Source: an uncultured bacterium (GTDB lineage: Bacteria; UBP7; UBA6624). From it: a DNA stretch of 47,802 nucleotides. Every line of letters begins with the position of its first letter. Position 1 is the first letter of the stretch. The notes beneath the pieces are model-generated. The model worked only from the letters and a program-made list of their open reading frames with translations, searched no databases and was not told the origin of the DNA. Shown here in pieces: positions 1 to 9,021 of the stretch. The position numbers were made by a program, and so were the translations under genes. The stretch lies in NCBI GenBank assembly GCA_964012435.1, contig CAXGSM010000011.1, forward strand, positions 1 through 47,802. The letters are read 5' to 3'.

Positions 1-281
1 TGAGGATTCAACTTATTAATATCTTCTTGAGATAAGCTTTCCCCAACTTTTTGAATAATTGCTATAGTTTGACCTACAGGAACAGTGTCACCTGGTTTTG
101 CAAACAACGCTACAAGTTTACCTTCTTTAAATGCTGTAATAGGTGTTGTTATTTTGTCTGTTTCCAGTATGCCAATCTCTTCATCACGAGCAACATTATC
201 ACCTACATTTTTTTTCCATTCAGCTACCTTAGCCTCAACAACAGAAACACCCAGGTCGGGGACTGGAACTTTAATTGGCAT
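1..281 (-). CDS. 2-oxoacid dehydrogenase E2 (dihydrolipoamide acyltransferase), N-terminal lipoyl domain; runs off the window edge
   Basis: Not in the ORF track; translated by hand: MPIKVPVPDLGVSVVEAKVAEWKKNVGDNVARDEEIGILETDKITTPI...GDTVPVG, with lipoyl-lysine motif ETDK. Its ATG overlaps the E1-beta stop (TAATG). Confidence 0.9.
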   Translation of the reverse strand, partial: MPIKVPVPDLGVSVVEAKVAEWKKNVGDNVARDEEIGILETDKITTPITAFKEGKLVALFAKPGDTVPVGQTIAIIQKVGESLSQEDINKLNP

Positions 282-1312
282 TATCCATCCCCCAGTGCTC
301 TTTTGCAAGAGTTGTATATCTCATTATCTGAGGGTAGGTAGGCAGCTTCCATTCCAGGTTCAAAAGGAAATGGAGTATCTGGTCCTGCAATGGTACGAAT
401 TGGTGTTAATAAATTCCAAAAAGCACCTTCTTGAACCCTGGCAGCAACCTCACTGGTGAAACCGTAAGCAGCATGTGATTCAGCAACAACCACACATCTA
501 CCAGTTTTACAAGCGGAATTAATCATCAAGTCTTCATCCATTGGCCATAATGTTCGAGGATCAATCACCTCAACGCTTGCGCCTTCAGATTCAAGCTTTT
601 CTGCGACGCTTAAACATTTATGTAACATAGCGCCATAAGAGATCAGTGTAAGATCACTACCCTCTCGAACAATCTTTCCTTTTCCTAGTTCGATGGTGAA
701 ATTAGGGTCATCGGGGACATCACCAGTAATGGCTCGGTATAGGCCTTTGTGTTCAATGTACACGCATGGATCGTCTGCCCTTATGCAAGATCTCAAAAGC
801 CCTGCTGCATCCCTGGGTGTACTAGGTGCGGTTACAACAAGACCGCCAGCATGGCAAAACCAAGCCTCGTTGCTTTGGCTGTGGGTCATGCCGCCGCCAA
901 TACCGCCGCCATATGGGGTACGAATGGTGATTGGGCAACACCAACTACCATTAGTTTTAAAAGAGATTGTGCCTGCTTGATTCACAATGTGACCCATAGC
1001 ACAATCAATAAAATCCATAAACTGAATCTCAGCAATTGGCCTGTATCCAGATAGCGCAGCACCAATCGCACCACCTATAATTGCATTTTCTGCTAAAGGT
1101 GCATCAAGAACCCTTAATGGTCCAAATTCATCGTACATTTTTTTACTCAAGTCAGGCTTGCCATCTTTTTCTGACCTCCATGCTGTTGCCTTGAACACAC
1201 CTCCATACCTTCCACAATCTTGACCTAAAACAAAAACTGTTTCATCAATTTCCATTTCAGACCACATTGTGTCTGTAATTGCCTGAATATAACTAATATT
1301 TTTACTAGACAT
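281..1312 (-). CDS. 2-oxoacid dehydrogenase E1 beta subunit (branched-chain/pyruvate type)
   Basis: GQDCGRYGGVF, DAPLAE, AEIQFMDF, HSQS and EVIDPRTLWP motifs; start placed at MSSKNISY, overlapping the end of E1-alpha. Confidence 0.93.
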   Translation of the reverse strand: MSSKNISYIQAITDTMWSEMEIDETVFVLGQDCGRYGGVFKATAWRSEKDGKPDLSKKMYDEFGPLRVLDAPLAENAIIGGAIGAALSGYRPIAEIQFMDFIDCAMGHIVNQAGTISFKTNGSWCCPITIRTPYGGGIGGGMTHSQSNEAWFCHAGGLVVTAPSTPRDAAGLLRSCIRADDPCVYIEHKGLYRAITGDVPDDPNFTIELGKGKIVREGSDLTLISYGAMLHKCLSVAEKLESEGASVEVIDPRTLWPMDEDLMINSACKTGRCVVVAESHAAYGFTSEVAARVQEGAFWNLLTPIRTIAGPDTPFPFEPGMEAAYLPSDNEIYNSCKRALGDG

Positions 1313-2444
1313 TTTTTCTCTTCTCCCATCTCTTACGAATTGCATCATTAAATTTTGGATCCCTAAAGGTTACATCGATAAATTGATCTGGTTTGGGTTT
1401 GGTGGATTCGTCTTCAACCCAGTCAATTGCTTTTTCGATTTCATCATTGATCTTGTCTTCTATTTTTTTAGCAAGCTTATCACTCCAGATTCCATCCTCT
1501 TTAGCCACCTGTTCGAAAACAATCAATGGATCTCTTTTTCTCCACTCCTCCACCTCTTCGTCTGTTCGGTAGTCTGCTGGATCAATCATGGAGTGTCCAT
1601 GATAACGGTAGGTTAAACATTCAACAAGTGTTGGTCCCCCACCAGAACGAGCACGTTCAACTGCCTCCTGTACTGCATGATAAACTTCAAAAACATTCTG
1701 GCCATCAACAGTAACGCCGGGCATTCCATATGCAGGCGCTCTATCGCTTAACCTTTCTACAGGTACATTTTCAGTAACATGAACGGATTCAGCCCATATG
1801 TTATTTTCAGCCATGTAAATCACTGGTAGCTTGTGTATTCCGGCAAAGTTCATAGACTCATGAAAGTCTCCCTTCGCTGTTGCTCCGTCTCCAAAAAATG
1901 CAAAAGCGCAATTGAGGCTAGATCCTTTTTTGAGTGTCCAGTTTCCGGCCCACACGATCCCATCTTTGTCCCAATTAATCTTTACATCACCTTTTCTATA
2001 TGCATCCAAAAGATATGCATAAGCTGAACCTGCGGCTAAAACAACCTGTATTGCTACATGTCCTGTAGGGCTAACAATATCAAGCTCTGGATCGCCAAAA
2101 TGACACGGGTGCTGCTGGGCTCCATCTGGTGATTCGGCTGTTGAATAAACTTGTGCTAATACCCTTTTAGCAGTTATACCCCTAGCAACCATTGCTCCTA
2201 ATTGTCTGTGGGATGGAGCAAGTATGTCGCCTTCTATCATGTGGACACCTGCACCGACGTTTGTTGCCTCCTGACCACAACCACTAAAATACGTGCCGCC
2301 AAATCTACCTTGGTTAAAGAGTTTAATCATTCTTTCATCAAGCAATCTGGCTTTTAATAATGGATGATACAAGACTTCAAATGCTGTCTTTTGATCAACT
2401 CCAAATGATTTTTTTTGTTTCTGGTTTGTTTTTTTCGAATTCAT
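1305..2444 (-). CDS. 2-oxoacid dehydrogenase E1 alpha subunit (ThDP-dependent)
   Basis: GQEA, ThDP motif GDGAT...NN, and YRYHGHS loop. Confidence 0.93.
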   Translation of the reverse strand: MNSKKTNQKQKKSFGVDQKTAFEVLYHPLLKARLLDERMIKLFNQGRFGGTYFSGCGQEATNVGAGVHMIEGDILAPSHRQLGAMVARGITAKRVLAQVYSTAESPDGAQQHPCHFGDPELDIVSPTGHVAIQVVLAAGSAYAYLLDAYRKGDVKINWDKDGIVWAGNWTLKKGSSLNCAFAFFGDGATAKGDFHESMNFAGIHKLPVIYMAENNIWAESVHVTENVPVERLSDRAPAYGMPGVTVDGQNVFEVYHAVQEAVERARSGGGPTLVECLTYRYHGHSMIDPADYRTDEEVEEWRKRDPLIVFEQVAKEDGIWSDKLAKKIEDKINDEIEKAIDWVEDESTKPKPDQFIDVTFRDPKFNDAIRKRWEKRKNV

Positions 2445-2452
2445 AACTGGTA

Positions 2453-2458
2453 ATTATA
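2453..2458 (-). promoter_or_regulatory. -10 box (TATAAT) 8 nt upstream of the E1-alpha ATG; near-leaderless start
   Basis: Minus strand reads TATAAT-TACCAGTT-ATG with no Shine-Dalgarno. Confidence 0.55.
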
Positions 2459-2483
2459 TGTTATTTTTTAAAAAAATAGAACT

Positions 2484-2500
2484 ATACCCTAGGGGGGTAT
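2484..2500. promoter_or_regulatory. Candidate CsoR/RcnR-family operator (ATACCC-N5-GGGTAT)
   Basis: Sequence ATACCCTAGGGGGGTAT: G/C tracts flanked by an ATAC/GTAT inverted repeat, the known form of CsoR-family sites; 40 bp upstream of E1-alpha. Confidence 0.5.
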
Positions 2501-3342
2501 TACTTGTATAGAGTTTCAGCCATATAACTAGACCTTACCAGGGGTCCGCACTTAGCTTTAATCCCCAGTGTTTCTGCCTGTTGCTCGATGAATTCAAACC
2601 ATTTTGGACTACGGTGCTTAATAACTGGTGCTTGGTTCTGTGATGGTCTTAAATATTGACCTGATGTAAAAATATCTACCCCAATCTCCCTAATGTCTTT
2701 CAAAAAAGACAAGACCTCATCAGTTTTTTCACCCATTCCAGCAATTAAACTTGTTTTTGTTTTACAACCTGTTTTTTTTGCCTCTCTTAGAACCTTTAGT
2801 GCACGCTTATAGCTTCCCTGGGGTCTTAATTTCGGATACAACCTTTCTACAGTTTCAATATTGTGAGAAAAAACATTTATATCTGATTGAGCAACCTCTC
2901 TGATAAGTTCAGGTTCACCATTAAGGTCTCCTACGAGCAGTTCTATTTTTGTCATGGGGTTAATTCTTTTAATACAGTTTACCGTGTCTAAAATATGACC
3001 AACACCAGCATCAATCAAATCATCCCTGTCAACCATAGTTAAGACAATATATTTTGCATTCATTTTTTGAATAGTTTCAGCCAGGTCTGCAGGTTCATTG
3101 GGATCAGGTGGTTCGGGTATTCCTTTCTTAACCGAGCAGTAACGGCAACCCCGTGTGCAGGTGTCTCCAAGCAACATGAAGGTAGCTGTTCCTTTCCCCC
3201 AACATTCTGGCAGATTAGGACAGCATGCCTCTTCACAAATAGTAGTTATCTTGAATTCTTCAGGTTCGGCAAAAAGATCGATAAGTGATTTTGTTGACCC
3301 AGGTTTAATCTGAATCTTTGTCCAATTAGGGTGTTGTGTCAT
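2500..3342 (-). CDS. lipA: Lipoyl synthase
   Basis: CEEACCPNLPEC (CX4CX5C), radical SAM motif CTRGCRYC, C-terminal RSSY. Confidence 0.96.
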   Translation of the reverse strand: MTQHPNWTKIQIKPGSTKSLIDLFAEPEEFKITTICEEACCPNLPECWGKGTATFMLLGDTCTRGCRYCSVKKGIPEPPDPNEPADLAETIQKMNAKYIVLTMVDRDDLIDAGVGHILDTVNCIKRINPMTKIELLVGDLNGEPELIREVAQSDINVFSHNIETVERLYPKLRPQGSYKRALKVLREAKKTGCKTKTSLIAGMGEKTDEVLSFLKDIREIGVDIFTSGQYLRPSQNQAPVIKHRSPKWFEFIEQQAETLGIKAKCGPLVRSSYMAETLYK

Positions 3343-3956
3343 AAAGCCTTTTTTAAATGAAATTTAACCTCTTGAGCAATTGATTCTATACCTTCATTCC
3401 TGCCCGTTTCAGCCATGATGGTGGAAACGGTGCTTGGCGGCATGCCGCAAGGGTTAATCTCTGCAAATCCTTCTTGGCTGTTGTTCACGTTTATTGACAC
3501 ACCATGCATTGTTATCCCTTGTTTAATCGTCATTCCAAAGGAAACAATTTTCTTGTCTTGGATATACAGGCCAGGCTTTTTGAGGTTTATAACAGTTTCA
3601 ATATGTTTTTTTAACAATGCGTCTTGTGTTGCCTTGAGTATCATGTTGACTAAATCTGTTGCTTTAATTTGTCTTTTCTTTATGTTTAAAATTGGATAAA
3701 AAACAAGCTGTCCAACACCATGCCAGGTCGCCTCGCCACCTCTGTTTGTTTTGAAAACACTAATGTTTTTAGATCTCATTTTAGCTGTCTTTGGTATGTC
3801 GTGCTTGGTTGAGGATGTTCCCAGGGTGACAACATTTTTGTGTTCAAAAAAAAACACATGTTCAACATGTTTCTTAGCATCCTCAACAGCCTGCAGCTGT
3901 AGATAGTAGCTATCTATCCAGCTTTTTTGTTGAAAATTGTGAAAAATAGTTTTCAA
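3339..3956 (-). CDS. lipB: Octanoyltransferase (lipoate-protein ligase B)
   Basis: EH..V.TLG, RGGEATWHG.GQLVFYPI, KIVSFG, TMHG, INPCG. Confidence 0.92.
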   Translation of the reverse strand: MKTIFHNFQQKSWIDSYYLQLQAVEDAKKHVEHVFFFEHKNVVTLGTSSTKHDIPKTAKMRSKNISVFKTNRGGEATWHGVGQLVFYPILNIKKRQIKATDLVNMILKATQDALLKKHIETVINLKKPGLYIQDKKIVSFGMTIKQGITMHGVSINVNNSQEGFAEINPCGMPPSTVSTIMAETGRNEGIESIAQEVKFHLKKAL

Positions 3957-5222
3957 TTACGGTGCAGAAATGTAACCCTTAAGGGCGGAATGTGCTGCAA
4001 CAAGCGGGGAGCTCAAATAAACCAGGGAATCTGGATGGCCCATTCTTCCGTGAAAATTTCTATTACTTGTAGACAAGCACACTTCCTCAGCAGCCATCAC
4101 GCCCGAGTGCCCCCCTAAACAAGGTCCGCATGTTGGGGTTGAGAAGACACAACCTCTTGATATGCACTCTGTTGCTATCCCCTCGCTAATTGCTGTTAAA
4201 TAGGTTTTTTGATCACCTGGTATAACAACAACACGGGGAACCTGAGCCTGTTTATCAGGATTGTTTTTAAAAACACCATGAACCTCTCTGAGGTCTCCGA
4301 TTCGAGCATTAGTGCATGAGCCAATAAAAACTTGGTCTATTTTTACCTTTTGCTTTTCAACCTCCCTTACGGTTGTCACATTGTCAGGGCTAAAAGGCAT
4401 GGCAACTAACGGTTCTAGTGTAGTTGTATCTATGGTAATTTCCTGACAGTAAGAAGCGTTTTCATCTGGTTGTAACATTTTCCAATCAGAATGCTGAACC
4501 CTTTCCCGTGTAAAGATTTCAGTAATAGTATCTGGCACAAATATACCAGCTTTAGCGCCCCACTCTATGGCCATGTTTGAAATAGTAAGTCTCCCCTCCA
4601 TGTCTATGCCTGTGTCTGTATTATCGTGAAACTCTAAAACCTTATAATTGCCACCACTAACAGTTAATATCTTCCCAAGGGCTAAAGACATATCTTTAGG
4701 TGTTACTTCTGGTGATGGTGAACCCTTAAATACAACCTTGATGGTCTCAGGAACTCTTAACCAAACCTTGCCTGTAGCTAAAACTGCAGCTAAATCCGTG
4801 TGTCCAACACCAGTCGCAAGACAACCTACAGCCCCATTTGTGCATGTGTGACTATCGGCACCAATAACAATCTCTCCGGGAGCAACCAAACCTTCTTCTG
4901 GCATAACAACATGACAGATTCCACCTTTGCCTTCCCCAAAGTAGTGTCCTACCTCATACTCCTCTGCAAAAATTCTCAACTCTTTCCCCAATTTTGCAGC
5001 GGCCAGATCTTTAGCTGGAACAAAATGGTCAGCAACAAGAACAACCTTGTCCTTGTCCCAAACCTTATCGATACCTGCCTCTCTCAGCAACGCAGCAGCA
5101 GCGGGACCTGTGATGTCGTGCCCCATGGCTCTGTCAACTTTGGCCATAACAATCTCACCGACCTTAACATCATTTTGTTTGGATTTTTCCGCAATAATTT
5201 TTTGTACCAATGTTTGACTCAT
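3957..5222 (-). CDS. 3-isopropylmalate dehydratase/homoaconitase large subunit (LeuC type 2/HacA-like)
   Basis: DH, GICH, GADSHTCT, FIGSCTN, CGPCLG, STSNRNF.GRMG; start trimmed to MSQTL. Confidence 0.9.
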   Translation of the reverse strand: MSQTLVQKIIAEKSKQNDVKVGEIVMAKVDRAMGHDITGPAAAALLREAGIDKVWDKDKVVLVADHFVPAKDLAAAKLGKELRIFAEEYEVGHYFGEGKGGICHVVMPEEGLVAPGEIVIGADSHTCTNGAVGCLATGVGHTDLAAVLATGKVWLRVPETIKVVFKGSPSPEVTPKDMSLALGKILTVSGGNYKVLEFHDNTDTGIDMEGRLTISNMAIEWGAKAGIFVPDTITEIFTRERVQHSDWKMLQPDENASYCQEITIDTTTLEPLVAMPFSPDNVTTVREVEKQKVKIDQVFIGSCTNARIGDLREVHGVFKNNPDKQAQVPRVVVIPGDQKTYLTAISEGIATECISRGCVFSTPTCGPCLGGHSGVMAAEEVCLSTSNRNFHGRMGHPDSLVYLSSPLVAAHSALKGYISAP

Positions 5223-5226
5223 TAGT

Positions 5227-6078
5227 TTAATTGTATTTGTAGAAACCGATTCCTGTTTTCCTACCAAGCTCATTGTTGTTAACTTTTTCAACCAATAATC
5301 CTGATGGTTTATATTTTTCTTCCTTGAAACCAGAATATAAAACATTCATAATGGCCAAACATGTATCAAGGCCTATTAGGTCTGCAAGCTTTAAGGGTCC
5401 CATGGGGTGTCGCATACCTAGTTCCATCACAGTGTCTATGTCTTCTTTTGAACCTGTTCCGGATTCAAGGGTTAGTATCGCTTCGTTAATCATCGGCATC
5501 AAAATCTTATTGCTTATGAACCCGGGTTTGTCTTTGCTTTTAGCGGGAGTTTTTTTTATATTTTTAATAAAATTCAAGGTTTTTTGGATTGTTTCGGTGC
5601 TGGTTGCATCACCTTCTATCACTTCGACCAGCTTCATTATCGGTACTGGATTCATAAAGTGAATCCCTATCACCCTTTCCGGAAAGCCGCTTGCCTTTCC
5701 AAGTGTGTTGATGGATATTGATGATGTGTTAGAGCCGAGAATGGTGTGTTTGCAGGAGCTTTGACCAATCTTTTCAAATATTTGTTTTTTTATCTGCTCA
5801 TCTTCGGAAACAGCTTCAATTATGAAGTCATACCCGCTGTAGTTGTCCTGCCCTAAAGTGTGTAGGTTAGATTTAAAAAAATCAATCTCTTCTTTTTGTC
5901 TTTTTCCCTTTTTCAAACCCAAATCCCATCTTTTGTGAATCTGTGTGACTGCTTGTTTTGTGAAGTCTTTATTTAAATCACTTAAAAAAACAGAGTATCC
6001 GTGTTCTGAAGCTGTCTGTGCGATTCCGGATCCCATTTGACCGCAACCTATAACTAATATTTTTTGTTTTTCTGCCAT
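5227..6078 (-). CDS. hbd: 3-hydroxybutyryl/3-hydroxyacyl-CoA dehydrogenase
   Basis: IGCGQMGSG, EAVSE, SNTSS, GIHFMNPVP, HPMGPL.LAD.IGLD; alternative ATG at 6090. Confidence 0.9.
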   Translation of the reverse strand: MAEKQKILVIGCGQMGSGIAQTASEHGYSVFLSDLNKDFTKQAVTQIHKRWDLGLKKGKRQKEEIDFFKSNLHTLGQDNYSGYDFIIEAVSEDEQIKKQIFEKIGQSSCKHTILGSNTSSISINTLGKASGFPERVIGIHFMNPVPIMKLVEVIEGDATSTETIQKTLNFIKNIKKTPAKSKDKPGFISNKILMPMINEAILTLESGTGSKEDIDTVMELGMRHPMGPLKLADLIGLDTCLAIMNVLYSGFKEEKYKPSGLLVEKVNNNELGRKTGIGFYKYN

Positions 6079-6208
6079 TGTTTTTTCCATTAAAAAATAA
6101 TAAACGATAAATCTTTTTTTTGTCCTTGAATAACGTTGGTTAGGTTTTCTTTTGTTACCTTTTTTTAAAAAAAATAATATATTTTTTTGATGTTTAAAAT
6201 CATCTTTC

Positions 6209-7525
6209 ATGGAAATTCCAAAAAGCAAAAGACTTAAAGAAAAAATAATACAAAAAATCAAATTAGAGCCCGACTTTCTTTCTTTGACGTCACTTGTGAG
6301 AACTTCAAAAATAACCTTTCAGGAGAACACGGTTGTCTTTGCTGCTTCAGGTAGATACAACTTTAAAATCGCAGAGCAAAACTTTGCTCTTTTGAAAAAA
6401 ATTATTACTGATCTGGATTATAAAGATTTTAAGCTTGTTGAATCAGTTTCCGCAAAGGCAGTGCCTCAGAACGTACCCATAATTACACAAAAAAAACCAC
6501 ATTTAAAAAAAGAAATTTTTAACGATTTCCACCCTTATGAAGGGGTTCAAAATGCCTTTAGGGCAATCAGTTCAATCACGGAAAACAGGTCACAGGGTCA
6601 ATTGTTTCCAATATTTCTATATGGAAATCCAGGTATTGGAAAAACCCATCTTTTGAACCTTGCGGCCAGGAATCTTGGCGACACTGCCTTCACGTCTGAT
6701 GAATTTACACAAAAATTAGTTAGTTCTGTTGAAAAAAAAGATTTAAATGGTTTTAAGTCTTCCTTTTTTTCTGAATCATCTTTGCTTATTGATGATATAC
6801 AAAAATTTATCGGAAGGAAAAGAACACTCCAAGAGTTTTTTAATATTTTTGATTCTTTTTTGGCAAGATCACGACCTATTGTCGTGGTTGCCGACAGGCA
6901 TCCAAGAACAATTAACGAATTCAGCCCAAGGTTGATAAGCAGATTAACTGCTGGATTGGTGATAAAGATGTCTCCACCGTTAGAGGCAGAGCGCGAAGCT
7001 TTACTGTCAAAAATAATTAAAGAAAAAAATTCGGATGTTATACCTGTAAACTTATTTCAAAAACTACCGCCTGACGTAAGAGCGTTGAAGGGGATTGCAA
7101 CAAGGTTTCTTTGGTCAAAGTCAATCGGCAACCCTGAAGAATACTCTGTCTCTTTTGCCTTATCGATGGATACCTCTTTGCCTGGTTCGTCTCTTTTGGA
7201 TGAAGTTTGTAATGTTTTTAATGTGTCAAAATCCTCTTTACTTTCTGGGGTGAGGTCTAGGGAGGTTGTTTTGGCGAGACAGGCTGCTTCAATTCTTTTG
7301 TGTGGTCGTCCAAACGGTTGCAAGGCTTCTTCATCTCGTGTTTTAAATGTTAAAAAATCTGCAATAACATACTCGTTAAAAAAAGGTAAAGAAAAGCTTA
7401 AAAAAGATTCCTTCTTCAAGGATCAGGTTAAATCAATTGCTATCAATCATGGTATATCTTTGGGTTTTGCTAAAGATGATTCAAACCCTGAAAACAATGG
7501 GAATTTAACCCTTTTTGAACAATAG
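6209..7525 (+). CDS. dnaA: Chromosomal replication initiator DnaA (divergent domains I and IV)
   Basis: P.FLYGNPGIGKTHL (Walker A), LLIDDIQ (Walker B), RLISRL, VVLARQ; directly upstream of dnaN. Confidence 0.9.
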   Translation: MEIPKSKRLKEKIIQKIKLEPDFLSLTSLVRTSKITFQENTVVFAASGRYNFKIAEQNFALLKKIITDLDYKDFKLVESVSAKAVPQNVPIITQKKPHLKKEIFNDFHPYEGVQNAFRAISSITENRSQGQLFPIFLYGNPGIGKTHLLNLAARNLGDTAFTSDEFTQKLVSSVEKKDLNGFKSSFFSESSLLIDDIQKFIGRKRTLQEFFNIFDSFLARSRPIVVVADRHPRTINEFSPRLISRLTAGLVIKMSPPLEAEREALLSKIIKEKNSDVIPVNLFQKLPPDVRALKGIATRFLWSKSIGNPEEYSVSFALSMDTSLPGSSLLDEVCNVFNVSKSSLLSGVRSREVVLARQAASILLCGRPNGCKASSSRVLNVKKSAITYSLKKGKEKLKKDSFFKDQVKSIAINHGISLGFAKDDSNPENNGNLTLFEQ

Positions 7526-7604
7526 TAGTAGAAGTAGTTTTTTTAATAAATTAATTTAATTATTCAAAGAACAAATATCTTTATTTTTCTTTAAAATAGC
7601 TTTA
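7523..7604. other. Candidate oriC unwinding region: DnaA-trio-like tract plus AT-rich stretch
   Basis: TAG TAG TAG AAG TAG at 7523-7537, then nearly pure A/T, and TTATTCAAA at 7560-7568 (one mismatch to TTATTCACA), between dnaA and dnaN. Confidence 0.45.
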
Positions 7605-8732
7605 ATGGCTATAAAAGTGTCTTCCGCCTTGTTGCATGAAAGTTTATCTACAGTTTCTGCTTGTGCGGGAGATGCTTTATTGGGTTTGAGGGGAATTTCA
7701 CATGTAGCTTTAAGGTATGAGTCTAAAAAATTAATATTAGAAACTTTCAACAACGTATCAGGTTGTTCCTTAACAATTCAGAATAAAAATATATCAGAAG
7801 AAACCGAAAATACGTTTTACCCTATTGCAGAAATGAGAGAGTTGTTTAGAAGAATGGATGGAGATGTTTTGATGGATATTGATCAAGATGGCGCATTGCA
7901 TTTGAAGAGTTCAGGTTCAAGATACACCTTGAAATCTATAGTTCCACAAACTCATACTAGTTTCCCTTTCAATGATCAAGGGTCTGATGAGGTTTTTGAA
8001 ATAAAAACTGAAGATTTCATAGCGCTTCTTGAAAAGGTTTTAGTTGTTGCAAAAGGTTCTTCTCAAGGTTATTCAGGCGGTACGTTATTGGATTTCAGGG
8101 GCAGTTCTTTAAGGATTGTTAACACTGATGGTTTTCGTATGGCTATAGCTAGCATCGATGATCATAGTGGTGTTGAGAGGAAGATTCAAATCGACACAGG
8201 TTCATTGAAGAGCATATTAAAAGGTTTGTCCGGTAAATCTGGAATTTTAGAAGGAAAGATAAGAGATGATCATGTTATGTTTGTTCATGAAGGCGTTAAG
8301 TTTTTTGCGACAATATTAACTCCAACATATCCAGATTATGAGAAAATCTTAGAAAGGGAGCACACTAAAAAGGTTGTGCTGAACAAAAAAGAATTTACAC
8401 AAGCATTGGAAAGATTACAGCAGTTTGGCAAGTATCAAGAACTCAATAATGCTTCATTAATTAAGATCGAAAATGGAGAAATACTCATAACAACAGACGA
8501 CACAGCAAGAGGCCAGGGTGAAGAAACCCTATCAGTGGAAAAGTTTGATGATGTTGAATTTTTAGTTTGTTTAAATAGTTCTTTTATGTTGGATTTTTTG
8601 AAGATCGTAAAAAGCGACAGGGTTGGGTTTAGTTTTGAAGACCCACATTCTTCTTGTCTTTTTTCAGACCCCAAAGATGACAGCTACAAATATTTTTTAA
8701 TGACCTTGAAGCACCCTAAAATAGAAGGGTGA
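7605..8732 (+). CDS. dnaN: DNA polymerase III beta sliding clamp
   Basis: 375 aa; TDGFRMA, YPDYEKI, LN..FMLDFL, YFLM; follows dnaA. Confidence 0.92.
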   Translation: MAIKVSSALLHESLSTVSACAGDALLGLRGISHVALRYESKKLILETFNNVSGCSLTIQNKNISEETENTFYPIAEMRELFRRMDGDVLMDIDQDGALHLKSSGSRYTLKSIVPQTHTSFPFNDQGSDEVFEIKTEDFIALLEKVLVVAKGSSQGYSGGTLLDFRGSSLRIVNTDGFRMAIASIDDHSGVERKIQIDTGSLKSILKGLSGKSGILEGKIRDDHVMFVHEGVKFFATILTPTYPDYEKILEREHTKKVVLNKKEFTQALERLQQFGKYQELNNASLIKIENGEILITTDDTARGQGEETLSVEKFDDVEFLVCLNSSFMLDFLKIVKSDRVGFSFEDPHSSCLFSDPKDDSYKYFLMTLKHPKIEG

Positions 8733-9019
8733 AAAACATTTTCAAACAACAGGTAAAACCAAAAAAGGAAGTTCAAAAATTAATCGATAAAATTAACCCA
8801 AGCTTAAATGAACTTTTATTAATTAAAACAATCTGGAAGAAAACGATAGAACCAACCTACAAGAAAACAGAGATTAAAAGTTTTAAAAATCAAGAACTGG
8901 TTGTCAGTGTCAAAAAAAGTCACCCGATTGTTAAAAAAACATTCAATAAAAATAAAAATTTAATACTCAAAAAACTTTTAGCCCAAAAAATCAAAATAAA
9001 AAAAATCACACTACAGTAA
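8729..9019 (+). CDS. DciA/DUF721-like protein (putative helicase loader)
   Basis: 96 aa, basic; W...I...T.I..FKN.ELVV.V...ILKKL pattern and position between dnaN and gyrB. Confidence 0.5.
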   Translation: MKNIFKQQVKPKKEVQKLIDKINPSLNELLLIKTIWKKTIEPTYKKTEIKSFKNQELVVSVKKSHPIVKKTFNKNKNLILKKLLAQKIKIKKITLQ

Positions 9020-9021
9020 TA

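Noticed and set aside
6091..6208. Canonical DnaA-box cluster upstream of dnaA
   Set aside because: No TTATCCACA-type boxes; only one weak near-match in AT-rich sequence.
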